From Escherichia coli (GTDB lineage Bacteria; Pseudomonadota; Gammaproteobacteria; Enterobacterales; Enterobacteriaceae): 64,000 nt of DNA. The translations under genes and the position numbers were made by a program. Within the stretch, counting starts at the first letter, position 1. Each line of letters begins with the position of its first letter. Under the pieces are notes generated by a model. It made no database searches and was not told where the DNA came from. It worked only from the letters and a program-made list of their open reading frames with translations. Positions 30,579 through 41,699 of this stretch are shown here, piece after piece. Location: NCBI RefSeq assembly GCF_002854065.1, contig NZ_CP024147.1, one strand, 5' to 3'.

Positions 30579-31367
30579 TCAGGCAGCTTTCGCGTTCTCT
30601 TCGACGCGGTTAATGCTGCGGTAGAGATGGTCAAAACGTTCGTTATCAAACTGTTGGCTGCTACCGTCGTAGAAGACGTGTCCCTGACGCAGGGCGACGA
30701 TGCGTTCGCAGTAGCGCAGGGCGTAATCCACCTGATGCAGCGTGACGACCACGGTGATGCCGTCGTTCTGATTGATGTCGCGCAGGGTGTCCATCACGAT
30801 GCGCGCCGATTCCGGGTCCAGCGAGGCGATCGGTTCGTCGGCGAGAATCACCTTCGCCTGCTGCATCAGCGCGCGGGCAATCGCTACACGCTGTTGCTGG
30901 CCGCCGGAGAGGGTGGAAACGCGCTGATGGGCAAAATGCACCATGCCAACGCGGGTCAGCGCCTGTAACGCGCGCTGTTTCTGCTCGCGGGTGAACCAAC
31001 TAAAACAGGTGCGCCAGAACGGCGTGCTGCCGAGCGCCCCAATCAGCACGTTCTCCAGTACGCTCAGGCGATTCACCAGGTTGAATTGTTGGAAGATGTA
31101 GCCGGTGTTGGCGCGGCTTTTGCGGATATCGCGGGCCAGGCGGCCTTCGCGCTGGACAGTGCGGCCCAGCAGCTCGATATGGCTACCGGCGGATTTATCG
31201 CCGGTAATCAAACCGCTTAAATGACGTAAAAGGGTGGATTTGCCGGAACCGGACGGCCCAAGCAGAGCCACCATTTCACCATGATGGATATTCAGATCAA
31301 CCGCGTGCAGCGCCTGATGCTGATTGAAGGTTTTGCTCAGTTGTTCGACGCGGATAATCGTTTGCAT
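30579..31367 (-). CDS. phnC: Phosphonate ABC transporter ATPase
   Basis: Walker [29 protein letters not shown]. Confidence 0.9.
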   Translation of the reverse strand: MQTIIRVEQLSKTFNQHQALHAVDLNIHHGEMVALLGPSGSGKSTLLRHLSGLITGDKSAGSHIELLGRTVQREGRLARDIRKSRANTGYIFQQFNLVNRLSVLENVLIGALGSTPFWRTCFSWFTREQKQRALQALTRVGMVHFAHQRVSTLSGGQQQRVAIARALMQQAKVILADEPIASLDPESARIVMDTLRDINQNDGITVVVTLHQVDYALRYCERIVALRQGHVFYDGSSQQFDNERFDHLYRSINRVEENAKAA

Positions 31368-31411
31368 GATGCAGCCTCCCTAAAAAAGTGGCTCCATCGT
31401 GGCGGATTATT

Positions 31412-31444
31412 GTGACGATTTGGTTAATTAAAAGTGACTAACAG
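31412..31444 (-). promoter_or_regulatory. Candidate Pho box (PhoB site) of the phnC promoter
   Basis: Minus strand reads CTGTTAGTCAC TTTTAATTAAC CAAATCGTCAC, 11-bp-phased CTGTnAn/TCAC repeats about 40-75 nt upstream of the phnC ATG. Confidence 0.45.
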
Positions 31445-31499
31445 ATGAAGAGTTAACGGGAATTCGATGACAGTGCGGGAGGGCGGGCCTCCCGGCGGA

Positions 31500-31943
31500 T
31501 TATTGCGTTGGTTGTTGTTTGACGACATTAATCATCCACGGTACGCCAAATTTATCGGTGACTTTGCCGAAGCCATGCGCCCAGAAAGTTTCCTGCCAGG
31601 CCATTTCGATTTTTCCGTTGGCGGCAAGATTGTCAAACCAGCGTTTTCCTTCTTCGACCTGTTGCGAATCGAGCACCAGCGTAAAGCCGGAGTAGCTGGC
31701 TTTTCCTGACGGCATGGCATCGCTCATCATGATGTCGCTTCCGGCAATGCGCACATTGGCGTGGGCGATGGCGGTATCGGGAAATTGCATTCCGGAAGGG
31801 CAGTTCTCGGCGCTGTCCTGCGCTGATTTTGGCATTTCGCCGAAGCTGATTTTATAGAGCAGTTCCGCGCCCAACGTACGTTGATAATAAGCAATTGCGT
31901 CGGCACAGTTACCGGCAAAAGAGAGGTAGGGACTTAACGGCAT
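31500..31943 (-). CDS. yjdN: Glyoxalase/bleomycin-resistance fold protein (PhnB-like)
   Basis: 147-aa ORF; K-12 neighbourhood. Confidence 0.8.
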   Translation of the reverse strand: MPLSPYLSFAGNCADAIAYYQRTLGAELLYKISFGEMPKSAQDSAENCPSGMQFPDTAIAHANVRIAGSDIMMSDAMPSGKASYSGFTLVLDSQQVEEGKRWFDNLAANGKIEMAWQETFWAHGFGKVTDKFGVPWMINVVKQQPTQ

Positions 31944-32006
31944 GATGGTGACCTCAGTTAAGAGAAGCCAGTTAAGTGTAGTTCGAAATTTATACAGATG
32001 AGAGGC

Positions 32007-32390
<384 letters not shown>

Positions 32391-32400
32391 CACAATACAA

Positions 32401-32736
32401 TCAGTTCTTTTTCACAAACTCAGATTTCAGTTTCATCGGACCAAAACCGTCGATTTTGCAATCGATGTTATGGTCGCCTTCAACCAGGCGAATGTTTTTC
32501 ACTTTGGTGCCAATTTTCAGCATCGAAGAGCTACCTTTCACCTTCAGATCTTTAATGATGGTAACGCTGTCGCCGTCAGCCAGCAGATTGCCGTTAGCAT
32601 CTTTAACGATCAGCTCGTCGCTTTCCTGTGCAGGTTCTGCGTCGTTCCATTCGTAGGCACATTCCGGGCAGATGTACATGCCGTTATCTTCGTAAGTGTA
32701 TTCGGAGTTGCATTTTGGGCAGTGTGGTAATGACAT
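32401..32736 (-). CDS. yjdM: Zinc-ribbon protein PhnA-like (111 aa from [13 protein letters not shown])
   Basis: CPKC...CPEC zinc-ribbon motif; the longer track ORF is an upstream extension. Confidence 0.82.
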
Positions 32737-33137
32737 GTGGATTTCCTCAAAAGTCAGCAGGGCAAAAGCGCCAAAAAACGGCAGATTGCCGAAAAAGGCC
32801 GCAATTATACACAAAATCCCTGAGTTTGTCGGGGGTACTGCTGATTTTAGACGACGATCGTTTTCATTTGAAAGGAAACGCAAAAAGAAAATAATCTTTT
32901 TGCCTCCATTTATTATTTAAGATAAGGTTAATGCTCTACTTGTTCTTTTTTTTATTCACATGATATTTTTATCTTTCTGACGTTTTAAACGTATCGGAAG
33001 ATGTTATTTATTCTAATAAAAAACAACACTCTAAATATAAAATTATTTCTTGCAGTAATTATAAAAGCCGAAAACAGAACTCAAAAACAATCTGGCTAAA
33101 TAAAAGTAATAAAATTTGCTTTAAGGAAGAATTTTCT

Positions 33138-35366
33138 ATGTACACACAGACCCTGTATGAGTTAAGTCAGGAGGCTGAACGGCTGTTACAGCTTTCTCGC
33201 CAACAGTTGCAGTTACTGGAAAAAATGCCTCTCTCTGTACCCGGAGACGATGCGCCACAACTGGCTTTACCCTGGAGTCAGCCTAATATCGCCGAGCGTC
33301 ACGCGATGCTGAATAATGAGTTGCGTAAAATTTCCCAACTGGAAATGGTGCTGGCGATTGTCGGTACTATGAAAGCAGGGAAATCAACCACCATTAATGC
33401 CATTGTTGGTACGGAGGTTCTGCCTAATCGCAATCGCCCAATGACTGCCCTGCCGACGCTTATTCGCCATACGCCCGGGCAAAAGGAACCGGTACTGCAT
33501 TTTTCACATGTCGCGCCAATCGATTGTTTAATTCAACAATTACAACAGCGCCTGCGTGATTGCGATATTAAGCATCTGACCGATGTGCTGGAAATAGATA
33601 AAGATATGCGTGCGCTTATGCAGCGGATCGAAAATGGCGTCGCTTTCGAAAAATATTATCTGGGTGCCCAGCCTATTTTTCATTGTCTGAAAAGTTTGAA
33701 TGATTTAGTGCGACTGGCGAAGGCGCTGGACGTCGATTTTCCTTTTTCTGCTTACGCCGCCATTGAGCATATTCCCGTGATTGAAGTGGAGTTTGTCCAT
33801 CTGGCGGGGCTGGAGAGTTATCCCGGTCAGTTGACGTTACTGGATACCCCCGGGCCAAATGAAGCCGGGCAACCGCATCTGCAAAAAATGCTTAACCAGC
33901 AGCTGGCTCGCGCCTCGGCGGTACTGGCGGTGCTGGATTATACGCAACTGAAATCGATCTCCGATGAAGAGGTCCGTGAGGCGATTTTGGCGGTGGGGCA
34001 ATCGGTGCCGCTGTATGTGCTGGTCAATAAGTTCGATCAACAGGATCGTAACAGTGACGACGCCGACCAGGTGCGGGCACTGATTTCCGGGACGCTGATG
34101 AAAGGCTGTATTACGCCACAGCAGATATTTCCGGTGTCGTCGATGTGGGGCTACCTGGCAAATCGGGCGCGCCATGAGTTAGCCAACAACGATAAGTTAC
34201 CAGCGCCAGAGCAACAACGCTGGGTGGAAGATTTTGCCCATGCCGCGCTCGGCAGGCGCTGGCGTCATGCCGATCTGGCGGACCTCGAACATATTCGTCA
34301 TGCTGCCGATCAGTTGTGGGAAGATTCGCTGTTCGCCCAGCCAATTCAGGCGCTGCTTCATGCCGCTTACGCTAACGCCTCGTTGTATGCTCTGCGATCT
34401 GCCGCGCATAAACTGTTGAATTACGCGCAGCAGGCGCGGGAATACCTGGATTTTCGTGCGCACGGGTTAAATGTCGCTTGTGAACAATTGCGGCAAAATA
34501 TCCATCAGGTCGAAGAAAGTTTGCAGCTATTGCAACTCAATCAGGCGCAGGTGAGCGGCGAGATTAAACATGAAATCGAGCTGGCCCTGACCTCCGCCAA
34601 CCACTTTCTGCGTCAACAGCAAGATGCGCTGAATGCGCAGTTAGCCGCGTTGTTTCAGGATGATTCGGAGCCGTTAAGCGAGATTCGTACCCGCTGTGAG
34701 ACACTGTTACAGACGGCGCAGAACACCATCAGTCGCGACTTTACGCTGCGTTTTGCCGAGCTTGAATCCACTCTTTGCCGGGTGTTAACCGATGTTATTC
34801 GCCCCATTGAACAACAAGTCAAAATGGAATTGAGCGAGTCAGGGTTTCGTCCTGGGTTTCATTTTCCTGTTTTTCACGGCGCAGTTCCCCACTTCAATAC
34901 TCGCCAGCTGTTCAGTGAAGTCATTTCGCGCCAGGAAGCAACGGACGAGCAGAGCACGCGTTTAGGCGTTGTGCGTGAGACTTTTTCGCGCTGGTTGAAT
35001 CAGCCCGACTGGGGACGGGGAAATGAGAAATCCCCGACAGAAACGGTTGATTACAGTGTGTTGCAACGAGCATTAAGCGCAGAAGTCGATCTTTATTGCC
35101 AACAAATGGCTAAAGTTCTGGCAGAGCAGGTCGATGAATCTGTTACGGCAGGCATGAATACTTTTTTCGCTGAGTTCGCTTCATGTTTGACGGAATTACA
35201 GACGCGTTTACGCGAAAGTCTGGCTCTGCGTCAACAAAATGAATCGGTGGTCAGGCTGATGCAACAGCAATTGCAGCAGACTGTGATGACTCACGGCTGG
35301 ATTTACACCGACGCTCAGCTGTTACGCGATGATATTCAAACACTTTTCACGGCAGAACGATATTGA
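33138..35366 (+). CDS. crfC: Dynamin-like large GTPase
   Basis: 742 aa; G1 motif GTMKAGKST, G3 LLDTPGPNE, NKFD G4 motif, long coiled-coil C-terminal part. Confidence 0.85.
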   Translation: MYTQTLYELSQEAERLLQLSRQQLQLLEKMPLSVPGDDAPQLALPWSQPNIAERHAMLNNELRKISQLEMVLAIVGTMKAGKSTTINAIVGTEVLPNRNRPMTALPTLIRHTPGQKEPVLHFSHVAPIDCLIQQLQQRLRDCDIKHLTDVLEIDKDMRALMQRIENGVAFEKYYLGAQPIFHCLKSLNDLVRLAKALDVDFPFSAYAAIEHIPVIEVEFVHLAGLESYPGQLTLLDTPGPNEAGQPHLQKMLNQQLARASAVLAVLDYTQLKSISDEEVREAILAVGQSVPLYVLVNKFDQQDRNSDDADQVRALISGTLMKGCITPQQIFPVSSMWGYLANRARHELANNDKLPAPEQQRWVEDFAHAALGRRWRHADLADLEHIRHAADQLWEDSLFAQPIQALLHAAYANASLYALRSAAHKLLNYAQQAREYLDFRAHGLNVACEQLRQNIHQVEESLQLLQLNQAQVSGEIKHEIELALTSANHFLRQQQDALNAQLAALFQDDSEPLSEIRTRCETLLQTAQNTISRDFTLRFAELESTLCRVLTDVIRPIEQQVKMELSESGFRPGFHFPVFHGAVPHFNTRQLFSEVISRQEATDEQSTRLGVVRETFSRWLNQPDWGRGNEKSPTETVDYSVLQRALSAEVDLYCQQMAKVLAEQVDESVTAGMNTFFAEFASCLTELQTRLRESLALRQQNESVVRLMQQQLQQTVMTHGWIYTDAQLLRDDIQTLFTAERY

Positions 35367-36241
35367 CCAAGACGTTACTGGACGGCCCCGGTCGCGTGCT
35401 GGAGTCGGTTCATCCGCGCTTTTTAGTGGATCTGGCGCAGGGCGATGATGCCCGCCTTCCACAAGCCCATCAGCAGCAGTTTCGTGAACGACTGATGCAG
35501 GAACTTCTTGCGCGCGTGCAGCTTCAGGCATGGACGAACGGCGGCATGTTAAATGCGCCGCTTAGCCTGCGTCTGACATTGGTGGAAAAACTGGCGTCGA
35601 TGCTGGATCCCGGTCATCTGGCGCTGACGCAGATCGCGCAGCATCTGGCGCTGCTGCAAAAAATGGATCTCCGCCAGCACTCTGCTTTCCCGGAGCTCCC
35701 TCAGCAAATTGCCGCCTTGTATGAGTGGTTTTCAGCCCGTTGTCGCTGGAAGGAAAAGGCGTTAACGCAACGAGGCCTACTGGTGCAGGCGGGTGAACAG
35801 AGCGAGCAAATTTTTACCCGCTGGCGTGCTGGGGCGTATAACGCCTGGTCGTTGCCTGGGCGCTGTTTTATCGTTCTCGAAGAGTTGCGTTGGGGGGCAT
35901 TTGGCGATGCCTGTCGTCTGGGAAGCCCGCAAGCGGTGGCGTTGTTGCTGGGTGATTTGCGCGTGAAAGCGACACAACATCTGGCAGAGAGTATCAATGC
36001 GGCCCCGACCACGCGTCACTATTACCATCAGTGGTTTGCCTCTTCGACCGTTCCGACGGGCGGGGATCATGCTGATTTTTTAAGTTGGCTGGGAAAGTGG
36101 ACCACGGCAGATAAACAACCCGTTTGCTGGTCAGTGACCCAACGCTGGCAAACTGTCGCGCTGGGGATGCCACGACTCTGTTCAGCGCAGCGTCTGGCGG
36201 GGGCAATGCTCGAGGAAATCTTCTCTGTAAATTTGGTGTAA
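35363..36241 (+). CDS. yjcZ: Partner protein of the dynamin-like GTPase (uncharacterised)
   Basis: 292-aa ORF overlapping crfC stop (ATGA); conserved neighbourhood. Confidence 0.75.
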   Translation: MTKTLLDGPGRVLESVHPRFLVDLAQGDDARLPQAHQQQFRERLMQELLARVQLQAWTNGGMLNAPLSLRLTLVEKLASMLDPGHLALTQIAQHLALLQKMDLRQHSAFPELPQQIAALYEWFSARCRWKEKALTQRGLLVQAGEQSEQIFTRWRAGAYNAWSLPGRCFIVLEELRWGAFGDACRLGSPQAVALLLGDLRVKATQHLAESINAAPTTRHYYHQWFASSTVPTGGDHADFLSWLGKWTTADKQPVCWSVTQRWQTVALGMPRLCSAQRLAGAMLEEIFSVNLV

Positions 36242-36504
36242 ATAATCAGTTACATCAATGAGTCCTAAACGAAATTCATGTGTGAAGTTGATCACAAATT
36301 TAAACGCTGGTAGGGTAAAAAGGTCATTAACTGCCCAATTCAGGCGTCAACTGGTTTGATTGTACATTCCTTAACCGGAGGGTGTAAGCAAACCCGCTAC
36401 GCTTGTTACAGAGATTGCATCCTGCAATTCCCGCTCCCCTTTTGCGGCCGTCGCGCTGATTTTTCTGGCGTTTGCGGAAATGGGCCAACTCTGCGAGGAA
36501 AGCT

Positions 36505-38007
36505 ATGCTGAAAAGGAAAAAAGTAAAACCGATTACCCTTCGTGATGTCACCATTATTGATGACGGTAAACTGCGTAAAGCCATTACCGCAGCATCACTG
36601 GGTAATGCAATGGAATGGTTTGATTTTGGTGTTTATGGTTTTGTTGCTTACGCATTAGGTAAAGTTTTTTTCCCGGGGGCTGACCCCAGCGTGCAGATGG
36701 TTGCTGCACTTGCCACTTTCTCCGTTCCCTTTCTGATTCGACCGCTTGGCGGACTCTTCTTTGGTATGTTGGGCGATAAATATGGTCGCCAGAAGATCCT
36801 CGCTATCACTATTGTGATTATGTCGATCAGTACGTTCTGTATTGGCTTAATACCGTCCTACGACACGATTGGTATTTGGGCACCGATTCTGCTGTTGATC
36901 TGTAAGATGGCACAAGGTTTCTCGGTCGGCGGTGAATATACCGGGGCGTCAATATTTGTTGCGGAATACTCCCCTGACCGTAAACGTGGCTTTATGGGCA
37001 GCTGGCTGGACTTCGGTTCTATTGCCGGGTTTGTGCTGGGAGCTGGCGTAGTGGTGTTAATTTCGACCATTGTCGGCGAAGAGAACTTCCTCGACTGGGG
37101 CTGGCGTATTCCGTTCTTTATTGCTCTGCCGTTAGGGATTATCGGGCTTTACCTGCGCCATGCGCTGGAAGAAACTCCGGCGTTCCAGCAGCATGTTGAT
37201 AAACTGGAACAGGGCGACCGCGAAGGTTTGCAGGATGGCCCGAAAGTCTCGTTTAAAGAGATTGCCACTAAATACTGGCGCAGCCTGTTGACATGTATTG
37301 GTCTGGTAATTGCCACCAACGTGACTTACTACATGTTACTGACCTATATGCCGAGTTATTTGTCGCATAACCTGCATTACTCCGAAGACCACGGGGTGCT
37401 GATTATTATCGCCATTATGATCGGTATGCTGTTTGTCCAGCCGGTGATGGGCTTGCTGAGTGACCGTTTTGGCCGTCGTCCGTTTGTGCTACTTGGTAGT
37501 GTTGCACTGTTTGTGTTGGCGATCCCGGCGTTTATTCTGATTAACAGTAACGTCATCGGCCTGATTTTTGCCGGGTTACTGATGCTGGCGGTGATCCTTA
37601 ACTGCTTTACGGGCGTTATGGCTTCTACCTTGCCAGCGATGTTCCCGACGCATATCCGTTACAGCGCGCTGGCGGCGGCATTTAATATTTCGGTGCTGGT
37701 TGCCGGTCTGACGCCAACACTGGCGGCCTGGCTGGTCGAAAGCTCGCAGAATCTGATGATGCCAGCCTATTACCTGATGGTAGTGGCGGTGGTTGGTTTA
37801 ATCACCGGCGTAACCATGAAAGAGACGGCAAATCGTCCGTTAAAAGGTGCAACACCGGCGGCGTCAGATATACAGGAAGCGAAGGAAATTCTCGTCGAGC
37901 ATTACGATAATATCGAGCAGAAAATCGATGATATTGACCACGAGATTGCCGATTTGCAGGCGAAACGTACCCGCCTGGTGCAGCAACATCCGCGAATTGA
38001 TGAATAA
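36505..38007 (+). CDS. proP: Proline/glycine betaine:H+ symporter, osmosensing MFS transporter (500 aa from MLKRKK)
   Basis: MFS motifs and C-terminal coiled-coil (IDDIDHEIADLQAKRTRLVQQ). Confidence 0.9.
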   Translation: MLKRKKVKPITLRDVTIIDDGKLRKAITAASLGNAMEWFDFGVYGFVAYALGKVFFPGADPSVQMVAALATFSVPFLIRPLGGLFFGMLGDKYGRQKILAITIVIMSISTFCIGLIPSYDTIGIWAPILLLICKMAQGFSVGGEYTGASIFVAEYSPDRKRGFMGSWLDFGSIAGFVLGAGVVVLISTIVGEENFLDWGWRIPFFIALPLGIIGLYLRHALEETPAFQQHVDKLEQGDREGLQDGPKVSFKEIATKYWRSLLTCIGLVIATNVTYYMLLTYMPSYLSHNLHYSEDHGVLIIIAIMIGMLFVQPVMGLLSDRFGRRPFVLLGSVALFVLAIPAFILINSNVIGLIFAGLLMLAVILNCFTGVMASTLPAMFPTHIRYSALAAAFNISVLVAGLTPTLAAWLVESSQNLMMPAYYLMVVAVVGLITGVTMKETANRPLKGATPAASDIQEAKEILVEHYDNIEQKIDDIDHEIADLQAKRTRLVQQHPRIDE

Positions 38008-38060
38008 GCTGAAACAGATGGCCTGATGTGACGCTGTCTTATCAGACCAACAATTGAACT

Positions 38061-38077
38061 CTTAAGGTTCACTTAAT
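38061..38077 (+). promoter_or_regulatory. PmrA (BasR) box upstream of pmrR
   Basis: CTTAAG-gttca-CTTAAT, two hexamers separated by 5 bp, about 45 nt upstream of the pmrR ATG. Confidence 0.6.
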
Positions 38078-38121
38078 CTCTGACGCGCATACTCTCCTCC
38101 AGGTTAACGGAGGAGAGTGCA

Positions 38122-38211
38122 ATGAAAAACCGTGTTTATGAAAGTTTAACTACCGTGTTCAGCGTGCTGGTGGTCAGCAGCTTTCTTTATATCTGGTTTG
38201 CCACGTACTGA
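38122..38211 (+). CDS. pmrR: 29-aa membrane peptide (PmrR-like)
   Basis: ATG with GGAGGAG RBS; encodes MKNRVYESLTTVFSVLVVSSFLYIWFATY; below the ORF-track length cut-off; 3' end overlaps the convergent basS stop. Confidence 0.6.
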   Translation: MKNRVYESLTTVFSVLVVSSFLYIWFATY

Positions 38212-39278
38212 TCTTTCTTCAGCCGTATCCAGGCGCGCGTGCCAGAAGTCTCTTGCTGGTTTTGCAGGAAAAACTGCCCGTGATGCAACTGTGTAATGCG
38301 GCTGACAATACTTAACCCCAGACCAATCCCGCCATAACGGCTGTCCATTCGTACAAACGCTTTACTCAACTCCCCGCATTTACTCTCATCAATACCCGGT
38401 CCTTCATCTTCAACGGCCATGACCGCTCCGTCATCTTCTTGCAGCTTAATCATAATGTTGCTGCCTTGCGGGCTGTAACGATGGGCGTTTTCTACCAGAT
38501 TTCGCAATAACATCCGCAGCAGGGTTGCATCACCCTGAACGGTGATGTCGGCGGTGCTCTCTGGCAATAGCAGGGTTTGCTGTCGCTGGTCGAGCATGGT
38601 ACTGAGTTCGTCATACGAGGGGAGAATGACATCTTCCAGCAGTTTTACATGTTGATAATTACCGGAAGAAAATGACTGTCCGGCACGCGCCAGTTGCAGC
38701 AGCTGGGAGACGCTCTCCATCATCTGATCAAGCCGTGCCACTAACGGTGCTACATCAATGTGATGCGTTTTCGCCAGCAGTTCCAGATGCAAACGTACCC
38801 CCGCCAGTGGCGTTCGCAGTTCGTGCGCGACGTCAGCGGTAAACAACCTTTCGTTATCCAGCGTGCTGGTCAGGCGACTGACCAGATCGTTTAACGCCGA
38901 AACCACCGCTTCGATTTCGAGGGTGGCGCTGTGAATGGCAATGGGCGTTAAGTTGTCGGCGGTGCGCGCTTCCAGCTCTTTTTGCAGCTCCGCCAGCGGG
39001 CGGGTGATGCGGCGTACCGCCTGATAGCAGATAAATAGCGTCAGGCTGACCATAAAGACGCCGGGGACAATCAGGCTGGCGACCGCCTCGCGGATCTCAC
39101 GCATGATGTGGCGATCGTTGTTGCGATTGTCGCGTAGCGCCTGCTCAAACAGCTGAATCTGCTCGGTACTTTCATGCCATAGCCAGAAGACGCTGATCAG
39201 CTCAAACACCAACAAAATGGCCCCGATGGTCAATATCAGCCGTTGGCGCAGCGATATTGGTCGGCGCAGAAAACGCAT
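38187..39278 (-). CDS. basS: Sensor histidine kinase of the BasS/BasR (PmrB/PmrA) system
   Basis: 363 aa from the internal Met; H-box VAHELRTPL, ATP-lid EDEGPGI...GGIGLGLSIV; start at 39287 is also possible. Confidence 0.88.
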   Translation of the reverse strand: MRFLRRPISLRQRLILTIGAILLVFELISVFWLWHESTEQIQLFEQALRDNRNNDRHIMREIREAVASLIVPGVFMVSLTLFICYQAVRRITRPLAELQKELEARTADNLTPIAIHSATLEIEAVVSALNDLVSRLTSTLDNERLFTADVAHELRTPLAGVRLHLELLAKTHHIDVAPLVARLDQMMESVSQLLQLARAGQSFSSGNYQHVKLLEDVILPSYDELSTMLDQRQQTLLLPESTADITVQGDATLLRMLLRNLVENAHRYSPQGSNIMIKLQEDDGAVMAVEDEGPGIDESKCGELSKAFVRMDSRYGGIGLGLSIVSRITQLHHGQFFLQNQQETSGTRAWIRLKKDQYVANQI

Positions 39279-39287
39279 CAGATTCAA

Positions 39288-39956
39288 TTAGTTTTCCTCA
39301 TTAGCGACAAGCATATAGCCAAAGCCGCGCACGGTGCGGATACGGGCTTTGCCCACTTTGTCGCGCAGATTGTGGATATGCACTTCCAGGGTGTTGGTCG
39401 AGGGTTCATTGTCCCAGTTATAGATGTCGTTGTAGAGAATTTCCCGATGCACCGGACTGCCTGCTTTGAGCATTAACCGTGACAGCAGAGCATATTCTTT
39501 GGGCGTCAGAATCAACTCTTCACCGCCCATCCATACCTGACGGCGACCCATGTTCAGCGTCAGATTGCCAACAATCAGCTCACTTTCGCCCTGATTATTA
39601 TGGCGTCGTAGCAGGGCGCGGATACGGGCATGTAACTCTTCCAGCGCAAAAGGCTTCACCAGATAGTCGTCGGCACCGACATCCAGCCCGGCGATTTTGT
39701 CGGTCAGCGTATCGCGAGCGGTGAGGATCAGTACCGGCAGGGTATATTTTTTCTGCCGGATACGGGCGAGAAAATGCAGTCCATCTTCGTCGGGTAACCC
39801 TAAATCCAGTACCACCAGGCTGTAATGACCGGCCTCAAGGCTTTGTTCCGCCATCCGCGCGGTTGTCACGCCATCGCACGCGTAGCCTTCGGTTTGCGCC
39901 GCCAGAATCAGTCCCTGCAATAACAGCGTATCGTCTTCAACAATCAGAATTTTCAT
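39288..39956 (-). CDS. basR: OmpR-family response regulator BasR (PmrA)
   Basis: MKILIVEDD...[13 protein letters not shown] receiver, winged-helix C-terminus. Confidence 0.9.
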   Translation of the reverse strand: MKILIVEDDTLLLQGLILAAQTEGYACDGVTTARMAEQSLEAGHYSLVVLDLGLPDEDGLHFLARIRQKKYTLPVLILTARDTLTDKIAGLDVGADDYLVKPFALEELHARIRALLRRHNNQGESELIVGNLTLNMGRRQVWMGGEELILTPKEYALLSRLMLKAGSPVHREILYNDIYNWDNEPSTNTLEVHIHNLRDKVGKARIRTVRGFGYMLVANEEN

Positions 39957-41596
39957 TCACTCACTCTCCTGCAAGTTTGCAGAATATCATCCGCAGCCTG
40001 GTAATACTTCGTCTCAACGCCAGTTAATCCCAATAGCGTGGAGAATAAATTGTCTTGTGAATAGTGTTGCGTTTGCGCCTGTTTTTGCAGGCAGTTCTGG
40101 TCAACCTGATACCGTTTTTGATAATCCTCCGACAGCCACAGCAGCATCGGCACTTGTTTTTGGCTATCCGGGGCGATGGCATAAGGCAGACCGTGCAGAT
40201 AGATGCCATTTTCACCTAACGATTCACCGTGGTCAGAAAGATAAACCAGGCTGGTGGTAAATTTATCCTGATGTTCTTTCAGCAGATTAATCGCTTTATC
40301 AACAATATAGTCGACGTAAACCAGCGTGTTGTCGTAAGTGTTCACCAGTTGCTCTTTGGTACAGGTCTGGATCTCATTGGTGTCGCAGGTTGGGGTAAAT
40401 TTCCTGAACTGCGGCGGATAGCGGTTGTAATAGGTCGGACCGTGGCTGCCGATGGTGTGTAAGACAATCACGCCATCACCCTGCAGGTTATTGATGTACT
40501 CTTCCAGCCCGTGGAACAGCACTTCGTCATAGCATTCGCCGTTGATGCACTGACCAGGCAGATTCAGCGCGGTGACGTTCTGGTGAGGCACGCGGTCGCA
40601 GGCACCTTTACAGCCACCATCGTTGTCATTCCACAGCACGTTGATGCCCGCTCGCTGAATGATATCCAGCACGCCTTCCTGGTGCTGTGCCAGCTCTTCT
40701 TTGTAATGCTCACGCGGCATATCCGAGAACATGCACGGTACTGAAACTGCCGTTGCCGTGCCGCAAGATGCGGTATTAGGGAAATAGACCACGTTATCTT
40801 TCGCCAACCGCGGGTTAGTTTCACGCGGGTAGCCGTTGAGGGAGAAGTTCTCCGCCCGCGAGGTTTCGCCGACAATCAGGATGGTCAAATTTTTACGTTT
40901 TTCGTTCTGCATTAATGGGTTGCGGTGCGCGTCTTCACCAATTCGCACCAGCGGCAGATTTGCCAGTCGCTGATGGGAGTACCATGACCAGCTGGCAACA
41001 ATGCTGTTAGAGGGGCTTAAGGACTTCACCAGCTCTTTGTTGTTGCGGAACAACGAGGCGTAGTCTTTATAAAATAGTGCGGCGACCAGCAAAATCAGCA
41101 GTACAGAAACCAGAATATTGGCTCCACGGAAAAGAACACTGCGCAGACGCGAGGTGGCAGGTTTGATTTTAATCCAGCAGGCAATCAGCGCAGCAAGCAC
41201 GCCGCTGAATCCCAGCGTTAATAACATTTGCGGTGTCATCAGCGCATAGCTTTCTGCCGGAGTGGTATCAATAATATTGGCAATCATCGAGCGGTCGATG
41301 ACGATGCCGTAAGTCATTATGAAATATTGTGCAGCCGCGCCAACCAGAATAAACAGGCAGGCCAGCGGTCGATTAAGCCATAAGAAAGAGCTTAGTGTCA
41401 GGACAATATTAATCACGCCGAAGGCGACGACCGGCATCGACAAGAAAACCAGTACGTTATGCAGCGAGTCCAGCGGCAGCGCCTGCAACACCTGTTTAAA
41501 AAAGGCAATATTCAGGCAGATAGAGATATAAAAAGCGGCCAACAATAGCCAGGCGAGTAAATTCAAAGAGGGTCTTTTTAGTAGGCGCTTCAACAT
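39953..41596 (-). CDS. eptA: Lipid A phosphoethanolamine transferase (547 aa from [10 protein letters not shown])
   Basis: N-terminal TM helices plus sulfatase-like periplasmic domain; first gene of eptA-basRS operon. Confidence 0.88.
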   Translation of the reverse strand: MLKRLLKRPSLNLLAWLLLAAFYISICLNIAFFKQVLQALPLDSLHNVLVFLSMPVVAFGVINIVLTLSSFLWLNRPLACLFILVGAAAQYFIMTYGIVIDRSMIANIIDTTPAESYALMTPQMLLTLGFSGVLAALIACWIKIKPATSRLRSVLFRGANILVSVLLILLVAALFYKDYASLFRNNKELVKSLSPSNSIVASWSWYSHQRLANLPLVRIGEDAHRNPLMQNEKRKNLTILIVGETSRAENFSLNGYPRETNPRLAKDNVVYFPNTASCGTATAVSVPCMFSDMPREHYKEELAQHQEGVLDIIQRAGINVLWNDNDGGCKGACDRVPHQNVTALNLPGQCINGECYDEVLFHGLEEYINNLQGDGVIVLHTIGSHGPTYYNRYPPQFRKFTPTCDTNEIQTCTKEQLVNTYDNTLVYVDYIVDKAINLLKEHQDKFTTSLVYLSDHGESLGENGIYLHGLPYAIAPDSQKQVPMLLWLSEDYQKRYQVDQNCLQKQAQTQHYSQDNLFSTLLGLTGVETKYYQAADDILQTCRRVSE

Positions 41597-41642
41597 CACG
41601 GTGTTTCCATCGAACAAAGTGCGCATATGCTCGCAAAGCAAA

Positions 41643-41673
41643 ATTAAGCCAACCTTAAGTTCTTAAGGTTGGC
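41643..41673 (-). promoter_or_regulatory. PmrA box of eptA embedded in a perfect palindrome that also forms the adiC terminator stem
   Basis: Minus strand CTTAAG-gttgg-CTTAAT; same DNA is ccaaccttaag-tt-cttaaggttgg (41649-41672), followed on the minus strand by TTAATTTTGCTTTG. Confidence 0.6.
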
Positions 41674-41699
41674 TTTTATCTTTGCTGGATTAAGGGGAA

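Noticed and set aside
31474-31496. GC hairpin gggagg-gcgggc-cctccc as yjdN terminator
   Set aside because: It directly follows the yjdN stop, but there is no T-tract after it on the minus strand, so I did not call it an intrinsic terminator
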